Assembly (NCBI GenBank): GCA_052033585.1
Contig: JBPOJM010000007.1
Span: forward strand, 9,187 to 73,186
Origin: Patescibacteria group bacterium
GTDB taxonomy: Bacteria > Patescibacteriota > Patescibacteriia > 2-12-FULL-60-25
Direction of reading: 5' to 3'
Length of the DNA: 64,000 nucleotides
This document shows positions 1-7,616 of the stretch, piece after piece; the first letter of the stretch is position 1; the number at the start of each line of letters is the position of its first letter. The notes under the pieces were generated by a model. The model was not told the DNA's origin. It did not search any database and saw nothing but the letters and a program-made list of their open reading frames with translations. A program made the position numbers and the translations under genes.

Positions 1-3000
1 TGTGAACGACGCATGCGATACGGCTCTGACCCACATTCCTCTGGCACAATCCCGACATCCCACAAAAACTTGTGCCAAAAACGCGAATACAATAAGTGAA
101 GGGTCGTATGCTCCATCCCCCCGTTATACAAATCCACGGGCATCCAATATTTCAATGCCTCCGATGAAGCCAACTCTTTGTCATTATGTGGATCACAGTA
201 TCGCAAGAAATACCAACTCGACCCGGCCCAATTCGGCATGGTATCCGTTTCACGCATCGCGGGGCCTCCGCACTCCGGACACGTTGTCTCAACCCAGTCG
301 CGAATCTTCGCAAGTGGTGACTCCCCCGTATCGGTCGGCTCATACGCCTCAACCTCCGGCAACTTCAAAGGAAGCTGATTCTCTGGTACAGGAATCCAGC
401 CCGTGTTTTTACTCGTAAGGACTTCACGAATAATCTCAGGATGATCACTCAAAAGAAAATGCCCCTTCGCTCCAAGAGATTTTATGTACCAACCATTCGG
501 AATAAAGGCGTGCGATTGTTTTGGAATACGTGAATCATCGTCAGAAACCAAAACCACTCCACTACCAACGAGCGAATCAATTCGTTTCCAATCAATCGGT
601 CGATCCCAGATTTCACGGAGACATCTATAATCACGATCCGGACGAACCGCCTGCTTCTCTGCCCAGTCTTCATCAGAAATAGGTCCAATCAAAGGGGCGA
701 CCAAATACACATGTCCAATCTTACGACCAAGGTCTTGCACCAGATTAACAGCCACTAGTCCGCCAAGACTATGCCCAACAATCACATCGTCTTCGCCAAA
801 TCCCTCGGCCAATGGTCGCAAAACACTCATCCACTCGTCATACTTTGGAGCTTTCGGATTCGGCAAGCTTGGAACAAACACCTCAAACCCTTGTTTTTCC
901 AAGGCGCACTTTAAAGCAGGAAGCCAATTCTTATTAGCATTCGCGCCTGTTCCATGAATAAGCAAAGCCTTCTGCTTTTTCTTGGCACACGCCCCGCAAT
1001 GCACCAGCGGAATCGGTTCTCCCCAATAGCGTTGACGAGAAAACACCCAATCACGCAAACGATACGTCGACATACCTTTCCCGCTCCCACGCTCTTCCAA
1101 CCAAGACACGACTTCCTCTTTCGCTTTCCAGGTCGGCGCTCCATCCAAAAATCCAGAGTTCATGGCATGCCCCTCTCCTGTCCAGCACGCATGCACAACA
1201 TCAACGCCAAGATGGCCATAGGCTCCCGCACTCGCACCGGCTGCTTCCATCGGACTCCGTTCGACAACAGGGGGACCCTGCACAACAGGTCGAATCGGTA
1301 ACCCAAACGTCTTCGCAAACGCATAATCACGTTCATCATGAGCGGGCACCGCCATCACTGCCCCCGTTCCATACCCCGCCAACACATAATCCGAAATCCA
1401 AACTGGCACGCGCTCCCCATTCACGGGATTCACTGCAAACACCCCCGGCAAGCGCACCCCCGTCTTCTCCCCTTCCCCCGTCCGTTCCTCCTCAGATTTC
1501 TTACTTACTTTTTCAATATACCCTTGTACATTTTCCCACCCCTCTTGAACTTTAAGCTTTTGTACAAGCTCATGTTCCGGCGCGAGTGTCACATACGTCA
1601 CCCCAAAAATCGTATCAGGACGCGTCGTAAACACCTTCAGCTCATAGGAACACAACTCGGTCAGAGTACGCGTAAGCGGTCCCAATTCAACATGAACGGA
1701 TTCTTCCTCCGTCTGATCAACAACGTATTTATTATTGGCCGCGACTCGATACAATCCACGTACCGGAAAATAGATATCCATCTCCCCCTTGCGCTCAGTC
1801 GTCAAAACGATCTGGCGTTTATTCTCTGCCATCTCTTCGGTTCCATCTGGCAAGCGCAACGCCGTCACATCCAACCAATGGCCTGTAACCTCCCCACCAT
1901 GCTTTTCAGCAATCCCACGATAAAACGCATCCATCGCTTTTGCCTTCTCTTCCTGCGTCATCGACGCCTCATCACGTCCCCCCAGAGCATTACGTTTTGG
2001 CGTCGCAACATTCAACTTCTCTCCTGCGATAAACAACCCCGTATCCATACCCAAAATGGGCAGATCTACCATCTGGGCATAGGCAGCCGCTTTAGCACGC
2101 GCATTTTCACGCATGTCATCTCCTTCTTTCACGTCTTGCTCCTCTAAACCAAGATCCGCAGGAGACAACACCTCAAGTCCAGGCAACGTTGCTCCCAGCA
2201 GCTTCTTCACACGTGCAAGTTTGCTTTTATTATTGGTCGCGACCAACACCCGCTCAAACTTTGGAATCCGAAACACAATCTCCGCGCCTTCACTTTTCCC
2301 AATCCAATTCACCTGCTGCGACTTAATCTTGTCGAGATAATCAACCTTATCTAAATCCGTTAACAACCGTTGCGCATAATCCGTGATCCGAATCATCCAT
2401 TGCTCTTTCTCACGCTTCTCAACCTCCGTTCCACAGCGTTCACATACACCTCCCTGTGCCTCTTCATTTGCAAGTCCAATCTTATCTTTCGGACACCAAT
2501 TAATCGTCGATGACGCCTTATACGCCATCCCGTATTTAAAAAATTGCAAGAACTGCCACTGCGTCCATTTAAAATAGGCCGGATCCGTTGTATTAATTTC
2601 CCTCGACCAATCAAACCCGAACCCCAACGATTTTATCTGCCGCGTAAAATTCCCTACATTCTTCGCCGTGGCATCCACCGGCTTCACCTTGTTCTTGATC
2701 GCATAATTCTCCGTTGGCAACCCAAACGCATCCCATCCAATTGGGTAAAGAACATTCTTCCCCTCCATACGCTGCTTGCGCGTCGCAATATCAATGGCCG
2801 TATACGATCGCGGATGCCCCACATGCAACCCATCCCCCGACGGATACGGAAATTCAATAAGTCCGTAAAACTTAGTATCGCGTATCGAGTATCCAGTATC
2901 ACGTATGGAAGCGGCTTCAGCTCCAGCCTCGTTCTGACGCTGGATACTCTCCGTCTCCGGCTGCTTTGCCGAATAGGTTCCTTCTTCTTGCCAAGCTTTC

Positions 3001-3041
3001 TGCCATTTAGCCTCCATGTCATGAATTGGGCGCGGTTGCAT
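1..3041 (-). CDS. leuS: leucyl-tRNA synthetase, 3'-truncated by window edge, with two extra inserted modules
   Basis: Absent from the ORF track because it has no in-window stop. My reverse-strand translation from ATG 3041-3039 gives MQPRPIHDMEAKWQKAWQEEGTY... It contains 'PYPSGDGLHVGHP' (HIGH region), 'VFTTRPDTIFGVTYVTLAPEH' (CP1 editing domain), 'AVPAHDERDYAFA', 'RQRYWGEPIP', 'CPECGG' and 'NGGMEHTTLHLLYSRFWHKF'. The frame stays open to position 1. Confidence 0.9.
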   Translation of the reverse strand, partial: MQPRPIHDMEAKWQKAWQEEGTYSAKQPETESIQRQNEAGAEAASIRDTGYSIRDTKFYGLIEFPYPSGDGLHVGHPRSYTAIDIATRKQRMEGKNVLYPIGWDAFGLPTENYAIKNKVKPVDATAKNVGNFTRQIKSLGFGFDWSREINTTDPAYFKWTQWQFLQFFKYGMAYKASSTINWCPKDKIGLANEEAQGGVCERCGTEVEKREKEQWMIRITDYAQRLLTDLDKVDYLDKIKSQQVNWIGKSEGAEIVFRIPKFERVLVATNNKSKLARVKKLLGATLPGLEVLSPADLGLEEQDVKEGDDMRENARAKAAAYAQMVDLPILGMDTGLFIAGEKLNVATPKRNALGGRDEASMTQEEKAKAMDAFYRGIAEKHGGEVTGHWLDVTALRLPDGTEEMAENKRQIVLTTERKGEMDIYFPVRGLYRVAANNKYVVDQTEEESVHVELGPLTRTLTELCSYELKVFTTRPDTIFGVTYVTLAPEHELVQKLKVQEGWENVQGYIEKVSKKSEEERTGEGEKTGVRLPGVFAVNPVNGERVPVWISDYVLAGYGTGAVMAVPAHDERDYAFAKTFGLPIRPVVQGPPVVERSPMEAAGASAGAYGHLGVDVVHACWTGEGHAMNSGFLDGAPTWKAKEEVVSWLEERGSGKGMSTYRLRDWVFSRQRYWGEPIPLVHCGACAKKKQKALLIHGTGANANKNWLPALKCALEKQGFEVFVPSLPNPKAPKYDEWMSVLRPLAEGFGEDDVIVGHSLGGLVAVNLVQDLGRKIGHVYLVAPLIGPISDEDWAEKQAVRPDRDYRCLREIWDRPIDWKRIDSLVGSGVVLVSDDDSRIPKQSHAFIPNGWYIKSLGAKGHFLLSDHPEIIREVLTSKNTGWIPVPENQLPLKLPEVEAYEPTDTGESPLAKIRDWVETTCPECGGPAMRETDTMPNWAGSSWYFLRYCDPHNDKELASSEALKYWMPVDLYNGGMEHTTLHLLYSRFWHKFLWDVGIVPEECGSEPYRMRRS

Positions 3042-3098
3042 AATGAAAAGAAGGTATCAATACCAGACAAAAATGGAAAGGCTTAGAAAAAGAAGAAG

Positions 3099-3119
3099 CG
3101 CCTGCTTTCGCAAGACGCT
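3099..3119 (-). terminator. intrinsic terminator hairpin (GAAA loop) upstream of leuS
   Basis: The minus strand reads agcgtcttgc-gaaa-gcaggcgct followed by tcttcttttt. Confidence 0.5.
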
Positions 3120-3145
3120 ATAAAAAGAAGGGTGGGGACTAAGCC

Positions 3146-3370
3146 TCACATCATGATGTCAGGGGTGCTGAGGTTGTACCACCTGCTGAGAGTATCCCCC
3201 AACTTCGCGAACGGATCCGAGCCCGCGAACGGGTCAGGACGAGCCGAAGAAACGGCGGGGGAAGTGGGACGCTGATCAGCCGGGGGATCATCCTTGCGCG
3301 TATCCATGACAGATCCTGTCCGTCGTAACCCATGCGGGGTGAAGTCCCCTAGGGCATCGGTCACGACCAC
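3146..3370 (-). CDS. hypothetical small low-complexity protein (doubtful)
   Basis: Track ORF of 74 aa with a GTG start, bracketed by hairpins at 3377-3408 and 3099-3119. The sequence is Pro/Asp-rich and I recognise no homology. Confidence 0.25.
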   Translation of the reverse strand: MVVTDALGDFTPHGLRRTGSVMDTRKDDPPADQRPTSPAVSSARPDPFAGSDPFAKLGDTLSRWYNLSTPDIMM

Positions 3371-3376
3371 AGAACC

Positions 3377-3408
3377 AAAAACCTCCCGGCGTACACCGGA
3401 AGGTTTTT
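3377..3408. terminator. bidirectional terminator-like hairpin
   Basis: aaaaacctcccgg / ccggaaggttttt form a 13-bp stem with one mismatch, and both strands have flanking A/T runs. Confidence 0.45.
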
Positions 3409-3621
3409 GTCAGGAGTCAGGTCAACTCTCAACAAACCACCGGTGAGGGAGGTCTAATAATGAGAGCAATGACGCGCACCTGCTGCATATAAATCGAGAA
3501 TAGAACGTTTTAAATAAGCCGTCAAATCCGAACACACCCATAAATAAAAGAAGCGCCCGTATAAGCACGAAACGCTAAGAAAATAAGAAGTACGGAAGGA
3601 TGAATAAACGTCACTTGGTGA

Positions 3622-4047
3622 TCAGTGAACCGGAGGTGTCGGAGCGGCCGCGAGGTCGTGGCCACCGCCCTGGTTGGAGCGCGGGAAGGTGCGCACCTCG
3701 ACACGTGCGAGTGCCTCGTGCTGAAAGCCCTGCTGCCCAGCCTTGGCCACGAGGCGTGCGTTCAGCTGCGCCCAGACACTGGTGGGAGCAGGCATCTCGC
3801 AGTCCATCGCCTTGACGATACACAGCGCGAGCCCCCACTGCTCGGGAGAACGTCCAGGGTCCTCCAGATCAGAAAACTGGTAGATCCAGCACATGGCGAA
3901 GAGCTGCGCCCCCAGCTCCCCGGGAGCCAGCAGAGCGTCCTCCACGTCTTTCGGAGGCACCTCGAGGAACGAGGCGTACCCCCAATCACGAAGGCCATTG
4001 CTGAAAAAAAGGTCCGCGAGATCAAGCGTCAACGTCAGACGGTACAT
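3622..4047 (-). CDS. hypothetical protein in G+C-rich islet
   Basis: Track ORF of 141 aa with protein-like composition (MYRLTLTLDLADLFFSNGLRDWGY...). The SD-like gagggtgagg lies just upstream of the ATG. Overlapping ORFs in other frames look like shadows. Confidence 0.55.
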   Translation of the reverse strand: MYRLTLTLDLADLFFSNGLRDWGYASFLEVPPKDVEDALLAPGELGAQLFAMCWIYQFSDLEDPGRSPEQWGLALCIVKAMDCEMPAPTSVWAQLNARLVAKAGQQGFQHEALARVEVRTFPRSNQGGGHDLAAAPTPPVH

Positions 4048-4152
4048 GATGCCTCACCCTCAAACCCAGGCCCGATTGCCGCTGGCTGAGGGTAATTCTT
4101 TGTATCAAATCTACAGCCCTCGTCAAGCACAAAGATTCCCTAAACACTTCTC

Positions 4153-4181
4153 TTGACGCCCGTCTCTACCAAGCTTATTCT
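4153..4181 (+). promoter_or_regulatory. sigma70-like promoter (TTGACG-17-TATTCT)
   Basis: TTGACG at 4153-4158, a 17-nt spacer, then TATTCT at 4176-4181. Confidence 0.35.
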
Positions 4182-4187
4182 TTATAT

Positions 4188-4292
4188 ATGAGATCAAATG
4201 TTTTTATGTTTAGCTTCTTTCCGTCACCCTAGGTGGACGAAGATGAGCGTACATACGTTTGATCTCAAGGCCACCTCCCGGGTGGCCTTTCG
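4188..4292 (+). ncRNA. candidate small structured RNA / attenuator leader
   Basis: gagatcaaa (4190-4198) pairs with tttgatctc (4258-4266) as a closing stem. It is immediately followed by the hairpin aaggccacc-tcccg-ggtggcctt (4267-4289) and lies downstream of the 4153 promoter. Confidence 0.3.
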
Positions 4293-4380
4293 TATATCCA
4301 ATGGTGTCCTGTCTCGAGGTGAGAGGTCAGCCCCTCTCCTCGTTCAGGACAGCATCCTGGACACAAGCTGAGTAAATACC

Positions 4381-4584
4381 ATGACAGCAGACGCCGTAGA
4401 TCCGTTCGAGCTTCCGGCCCTCCCTCCTGATGCAGCACCCTCTCCTCCTGACGAACCCGCAGCAAAGAAGGATGATGGGACGCTGACCTCTCTCGCCGAA
4501 CTTCCTCCCCCGGATCCGAACTCACCGCCTCGCGCACGCGGAAGCTGGTTGAACGGATCCACAAACGGAGGCTTCGGCTTCTAA
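4381..4584 (+). CDS. hypothetical Pro-rich small protein (doubtful)
   Basis: Track ORF of 67 aa, followed by the hairpin ccgcga-ttcc-tcgcgg and a T-rich tract at 4613-4640. An antisense 138-aa ORF overlaps it, so the strand choice is uncertain. Confidence 0.3.
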   Translation: MTADAVDPFELPALPPDAAPSPPDEPAAKKDDGTLTSLAELPPPDPNSPPRARGSWLNGSTNGGFGF

Positions 4585-4612
4585 CACGACCCGCCCATTT
4601 CGTCCTCTCTTT

Positions 4613-4640
4613 CCGCGATTCCTCGCGGCTCTCCTTTTCT
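4613..4640 (+). terminator. intrinsic terminator
   Basis: The stem ccgcga/tcgcgg is followed by ctctccttttcttc. Confidence 0.4.
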
Positions 4641-4687
4641 TCAGAACCCCGTTCCGAGAAAAAGCAGGGACTTTTCCACAATCACAT

Positions 4688-4718
4688 TTGACACCTTTTT
4701 TTACCTCATGCACATTAA
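4688..4718 (+). promoter_or_regulatory. sigma70-like promoter (TTGACA, weak -10 CATTAA)
   Basis: TTGACA at 4688-4693 with an A/T-rich -10 candidate 17-19 nt downstream. Confidence 0.3.
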
Positions 4719-4721
4719 AGC

Positions 4722-4921
4722 TAGGTATGAGTCACCGCGCGTATCGTAACCTCAATGCCATCCGCTTTATCAACAAGTGGATGGATCTTTGTGTTACGAC
4801 ACTTCTCGTCATTAAGACGACCTCCTCACGCGGTGGATTTTCCATGGCTACCTAGATACCTACACATCTACGTAACCTATCTAAGAAAACTCCTCCCGCA
4901 CCCCGGGAGGAGTTTTCTTAG
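4722..4921 (+). ncRNA. candidate ~200-nt structured leader ending in a long terminator hairpin
   Basis: Long-range pairs are aggtat...atacct and caccgcgcg...cgcggtgg. A perfect 18-bp hairpin, ctaagaaaactcctcccg / cgggaggagttttcttag, lies at 4881-4921, just upstream of the SD and ATG of the 5001 ORF. Confidence 0.35.
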
Positions 4922-5000
4922 ATCCAACACAACAATCTCATGACCTCGATCGACTCGCGGAGACTTCCCTCCAAGAGTCAGAGAGGTCAGGAGAAGGGTG

Positions 5001-5420
5001 ATGAACGAGAGGAACAATGTAGAAGTGCTCATTCTCGATCCGACCACAAGAGAAAAGGAGCGCAGAGCCGAGATCGGCAGAGGCTTCATCCCACTGAGCT
5101 GCATTACAGGTGCCCTTACCTCTCGCGAAAAGGTAGAGGTACTCAGGGCGCTAAAAAGAAATGGGGCAAATCAAAGCGTCATGGTTCACCCAAGACGTCG
5201 AGGAGCTTCGCCCCACCAGGTAAAGCTGGCAGACCTCGTCATCGACCCAGACGATGAGTTTACCTCCACCCCCTGCCCGATTCCCTACGAAGTCGTGGTA
5301 ACAGGATGCCAAGACATGAGAAAAAATGAATTTCGGGACAGCTATCCCGAACTCGATACCTGTCTTGTTGTTCTCACAGTTCCTGAACCGCCCGTAAGAA
5401 TCCGCTCACACAACTTCTAG
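5001..5420 (+). CDS. hypothetical protein in G+C-rich islet
   Basis: Track ORF 4998..5420. The ATG at 5001 is preceded by aggagaagggtg, and a terminator lies directly downstream. Confidence 0.55.
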   Translation: MNERNNVEVLILDPTTREKERRAEIGRGFIPLSCITGALTSREKVEVLRALKRNGANQSVMVHPRRRGASPHQVKLADLVIDPDDEFTSTPCPIPYEVVVTGCQDMRKNEFRDSYPELDTCLVVLTVPEPPVRIRSHNF

Positions 5421-5432
5421 CACTCCCTGCTT

Positions 5433-5461
5433 CAGAACCCACCCGGGTTCTGCTTCTTTTA
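5433..5461 (+). terminator. intrinsic terminator
   Basis: cagaaccc-accc-gggttctg followed by cttctttta. Confidence 0.55.
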
Positions 5462-5507
5462 TTGACGTTCACTCTCGCAGCGCGCACGATAGAAAAAGGA
5501 AGGAGGA

Positions 5508-5797
5508 ATATGAGCGTTCGACTCGCAAGAGACCCAGGCCGCAGACGTCGACCTCTCACCGCTCGACGCATCGGAAAGGAGAAAGCCCTCCAACTCCTCG
5601 AGGAGGGATTCGAAGTACACATTCAAGATGGAAGACTGGTAGGAGATAGCGGAGGGAAGGAAGACACCCACCCCACCGCCTACCCTCTGCGTGGAGCCAT
5701 TCTCCGCTGGAGAACCGTCACGGACCTTCCCAGAAGCGATGCCACGATCGTCCTCCTCAACGAGCGATCACACCGTTTCTACCTGATGGCCGCCTGA
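5508..5797 (+). CDS. hypothetical basic small protein in G+C-rich islet
   Basis: Inside track ORF 5462..5797. The internal ATG at 5508 has the strong SD aaggaaggagga, and TTGACG lies at about 5463 upstream. Confidence 0.5.
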
Positions 5798-5837
5798 ACG
5801 ATTTCACTCTTTTTCTTCCAACTGAACCCACCCTCCC

Positions 5838-5867
5838 GCGTCCGCCCTCCGGACGCTTGCTTTTTTC
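5838..5867 (+). terminator. intrinsic terminator
   Basis: The stem gcgtccg/cggacgc is followed by ttgctttttt. Confidence 0.6.
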
Positions 5868-6021
5868 TTAAGAATTTGCTAGGGTTATCCACGAAAACTT
5901 CGTGTTTTCCCTTATTCTTACGCCTCGTCGGACATCCTGACGAACGCGCTTACCCGACGATGCCGTCCTGACCAGGATTCCCAAGGATCCGATCCGCACG
6001 CTAACGTCGTTGAACGCTTCT

Positions 6022-6282
6022 ATGTTAGACCCACAAAAGAAGAAGAAAATCATCGAGAAATTCAAGACCCATGCCACCGATACCGGTTCCCCTCAAGTCC
6101 AAATCGCCATCTTGAGCGAAGAGGTCAAAGAGTTGACCGACCACTTGAAGACCCACAAGAAGGACTTCTCTTCCCGCCGTGGTCTCATCAAAAAGGTTGG
6201 CGAACGCCGCCGCTTGATGCGCTACTTGAAACGCACCGACAACAAGGCCTACGACGAATTGATGGCCAAGCTCAAGATCTAA
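6022..6282 (+). CDS. rpsO: 30S ribosomal protein S15
   Basis: Track ORF 6010..6282. 'DTGSPQVQIAILSEEVKELTDHLKTHKKDFSSRRGLIKKVGERRRLMRYLKR' is a classic S15 sequence. The ATG at 6022 gives the usual length. Confidence 0.95.
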   Translation: MLDPQKKKKIIEKFKTHATDTGSPQVQIAILSEEVKELTDHLKTHKKDFSSRRGLIKKVGERRRLMRYLKRTDNKAYDELMAKLKI

Positions 6283-6284
6283 AC

Positions 6285-6316
6285 AAAAAGACTCCTCGTA
6301 TGGAGTCTTTTTGTTT
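6285..6316 (+). terminator. rpsO intrinsic terminator
   Basis: aaaaagactcc-tcgtat-ggagtcttttt. Confidence 0.75.
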
Positions 6317-6511
6317 CCCACTCTCCCCATAAAGAGAAAACTGGACAAAAGTGAAAAAATCTAGTATTATTTTATTGATCTTGAGTCTTTTTGATAAAAC
6401 TCCTTATCTTTGCGAGAGGCTATCTTTTACCCTCTCCTTAATTTAACTCTTTCAGACATTTTTACAGAGCCCTTTCTCGCCTCTCAAGCCAAGAAGACCC
6501 TCTTGCGCTCG

Positions 6512-7294
6512 ATGCCCGATACTGGATACTCAATTACTTTTATCAATATGTTACAACGCCCTTCACAACGTGTCGCGGTCTTTATCGACACACAAAACAT
6601 GTACCACTCCGCAAAGCATCTCTATGGCTCTCGCGTAAACTTCCCGGCTCTCGTTCAAGCTGCTGTTGGCAACCGCGAACTCGTGCGCGCCATCGCCTAT
6701 GTCGCCAAATCCAAAACCGGCGAAGAAACAGCGTTCTTTGAAGCCCTCACCTCCAACGGCATCGAACTCAAAGTCAAAGATGTGCAAGAATTTGCCAGCG
6801 GCGAGAAAAAAGCCGACTGGGACGTTGGGATGGCCGTTGATGCCATGGCCATTTCACCACGCGTAGACGTCATCGTACTTGTTACCGGTGATGGCGACTT
6901 CATCCCCCTCGTAAACTACCTCAAAGCCATGGGCATTGTCTGCGAGGCTGTTGCCTTTGGCCCTTCCACCAACAACCATTTCCGCGAAGCGGTCAACAGC
7001 TTTATCGATCTCAACGAAAACCCCGAGCAATTTCTTCTCCATAACCGACACCACTCCAACGCCACCCTCAAAAGCAAAAAAACCACCCCGTCCCTGGAAT
7101 CGGTCTTCGAACCCCTCCAGCTCGATGGAATCCCCTCCCTTCCTCCGTCGGATCTAATGCCTGATCCCGCAAATCTGACACCTCTTAAGTCCGCCCGTGG
7201 ACGAAAACCCATTCGCTCGTCTACTCTATCGTCAGACGAAGAACCCCCAACCCCTTCTTCTCCTACAGGCCGCAACATTCGCGTGACGTTCTAA
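6512..7294 (+). CDS. NYN-domain (LabA/DUF88-like) protein with Pro/Ser-rich tail
   Basis: 'RVAVFIDTQNMYHSAK...ADWDVGMAVDAM...VLVTGDGDFIPLVNYLKAMG' matches the NYN/LabA-like core. The start is either 6512 or 6548. Confidence 0.75.
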   Translation: MPDTGYSITFINMLQRPSQRVAVFIDTQNMYHSAKHLYGSRVNFPALVQAAVGNRELVRAIAYVAKSKTGEETAFFEALTSNGIELKVKDVQEFASGEKKADWDVGMAVDAMAISPRVDVIVLVTGDGDFIPLVNYLKAMGIVCEAVAFGPSTNNHFREAVNSFIDLNENPEQFLLHNRHHSNATLKSKKTTPSLESVFEPLQLDGIPSLPPSDLMPDPANLTPLKSARGRKPIRSSTLSSDEEPPTPSSPTGRNIRVTF

Positions 7295-7306
7295 GCCATA
7301 CTTTCC

Positions 7307-7499
7307 CCGTCATTCCGAAAGAGGAGTCCGACGACGACGGAGGAATCTCGACCGGAAACAGGTAGCCAGCGAACCCAACCCCTCCAACTCCCCCCGCATA
7401 ATGGTGCTGGGCAGGCTCTTGTCAGGGGAGAGCATAAAAAGAGGATACCTGCTTCGCTGCGAGATCCCTCACTGCGTATGACTCCGTTCGGGATGACGG
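7307..7499. repeat. MITE/REP-like element bounded by inverted CCGTCATYCCGAA ends
   Basis: ccgtcattccgaa (7307-7319) is the inverted match of ttcgggatgacgg (7487-7499). The right part (7452-7499) belongs to the repeat family also seen at 42494-42577 and 45793-45902. Confidence 0.5.
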
Positions 7500-7616
7500 A
7501 AAAGAAAAAACAACGTACTGTTAAGTTTGTTCGCCCCGAGACGCTGAGCTGAGCCCTCTCACCTTTCGTCTCCGGGCGACCACCCTCATTCATACACGAT
7601 TCTCGATATTTTCTTT

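Noticed and set aside
954-3086. A series of plus-strand ORFs (954..1301, 1338..2147, 2544..3086, etc.) and minus-strand ORFs in one frame (e.g. 2684..3070).
   Set aside because: All are shadows of the unlisted leuS reading frame on the minus strand. Their translations are low-complexity and R/P/H-rich.
3400-3620. A possible SRP-like RNA, because of 'gtcaggtc' at about 3425.
   Set aside because: Only an 8-nt resemblance. The GGAA-tetraloop/AGCAGC context of SRP domain IV is missing.
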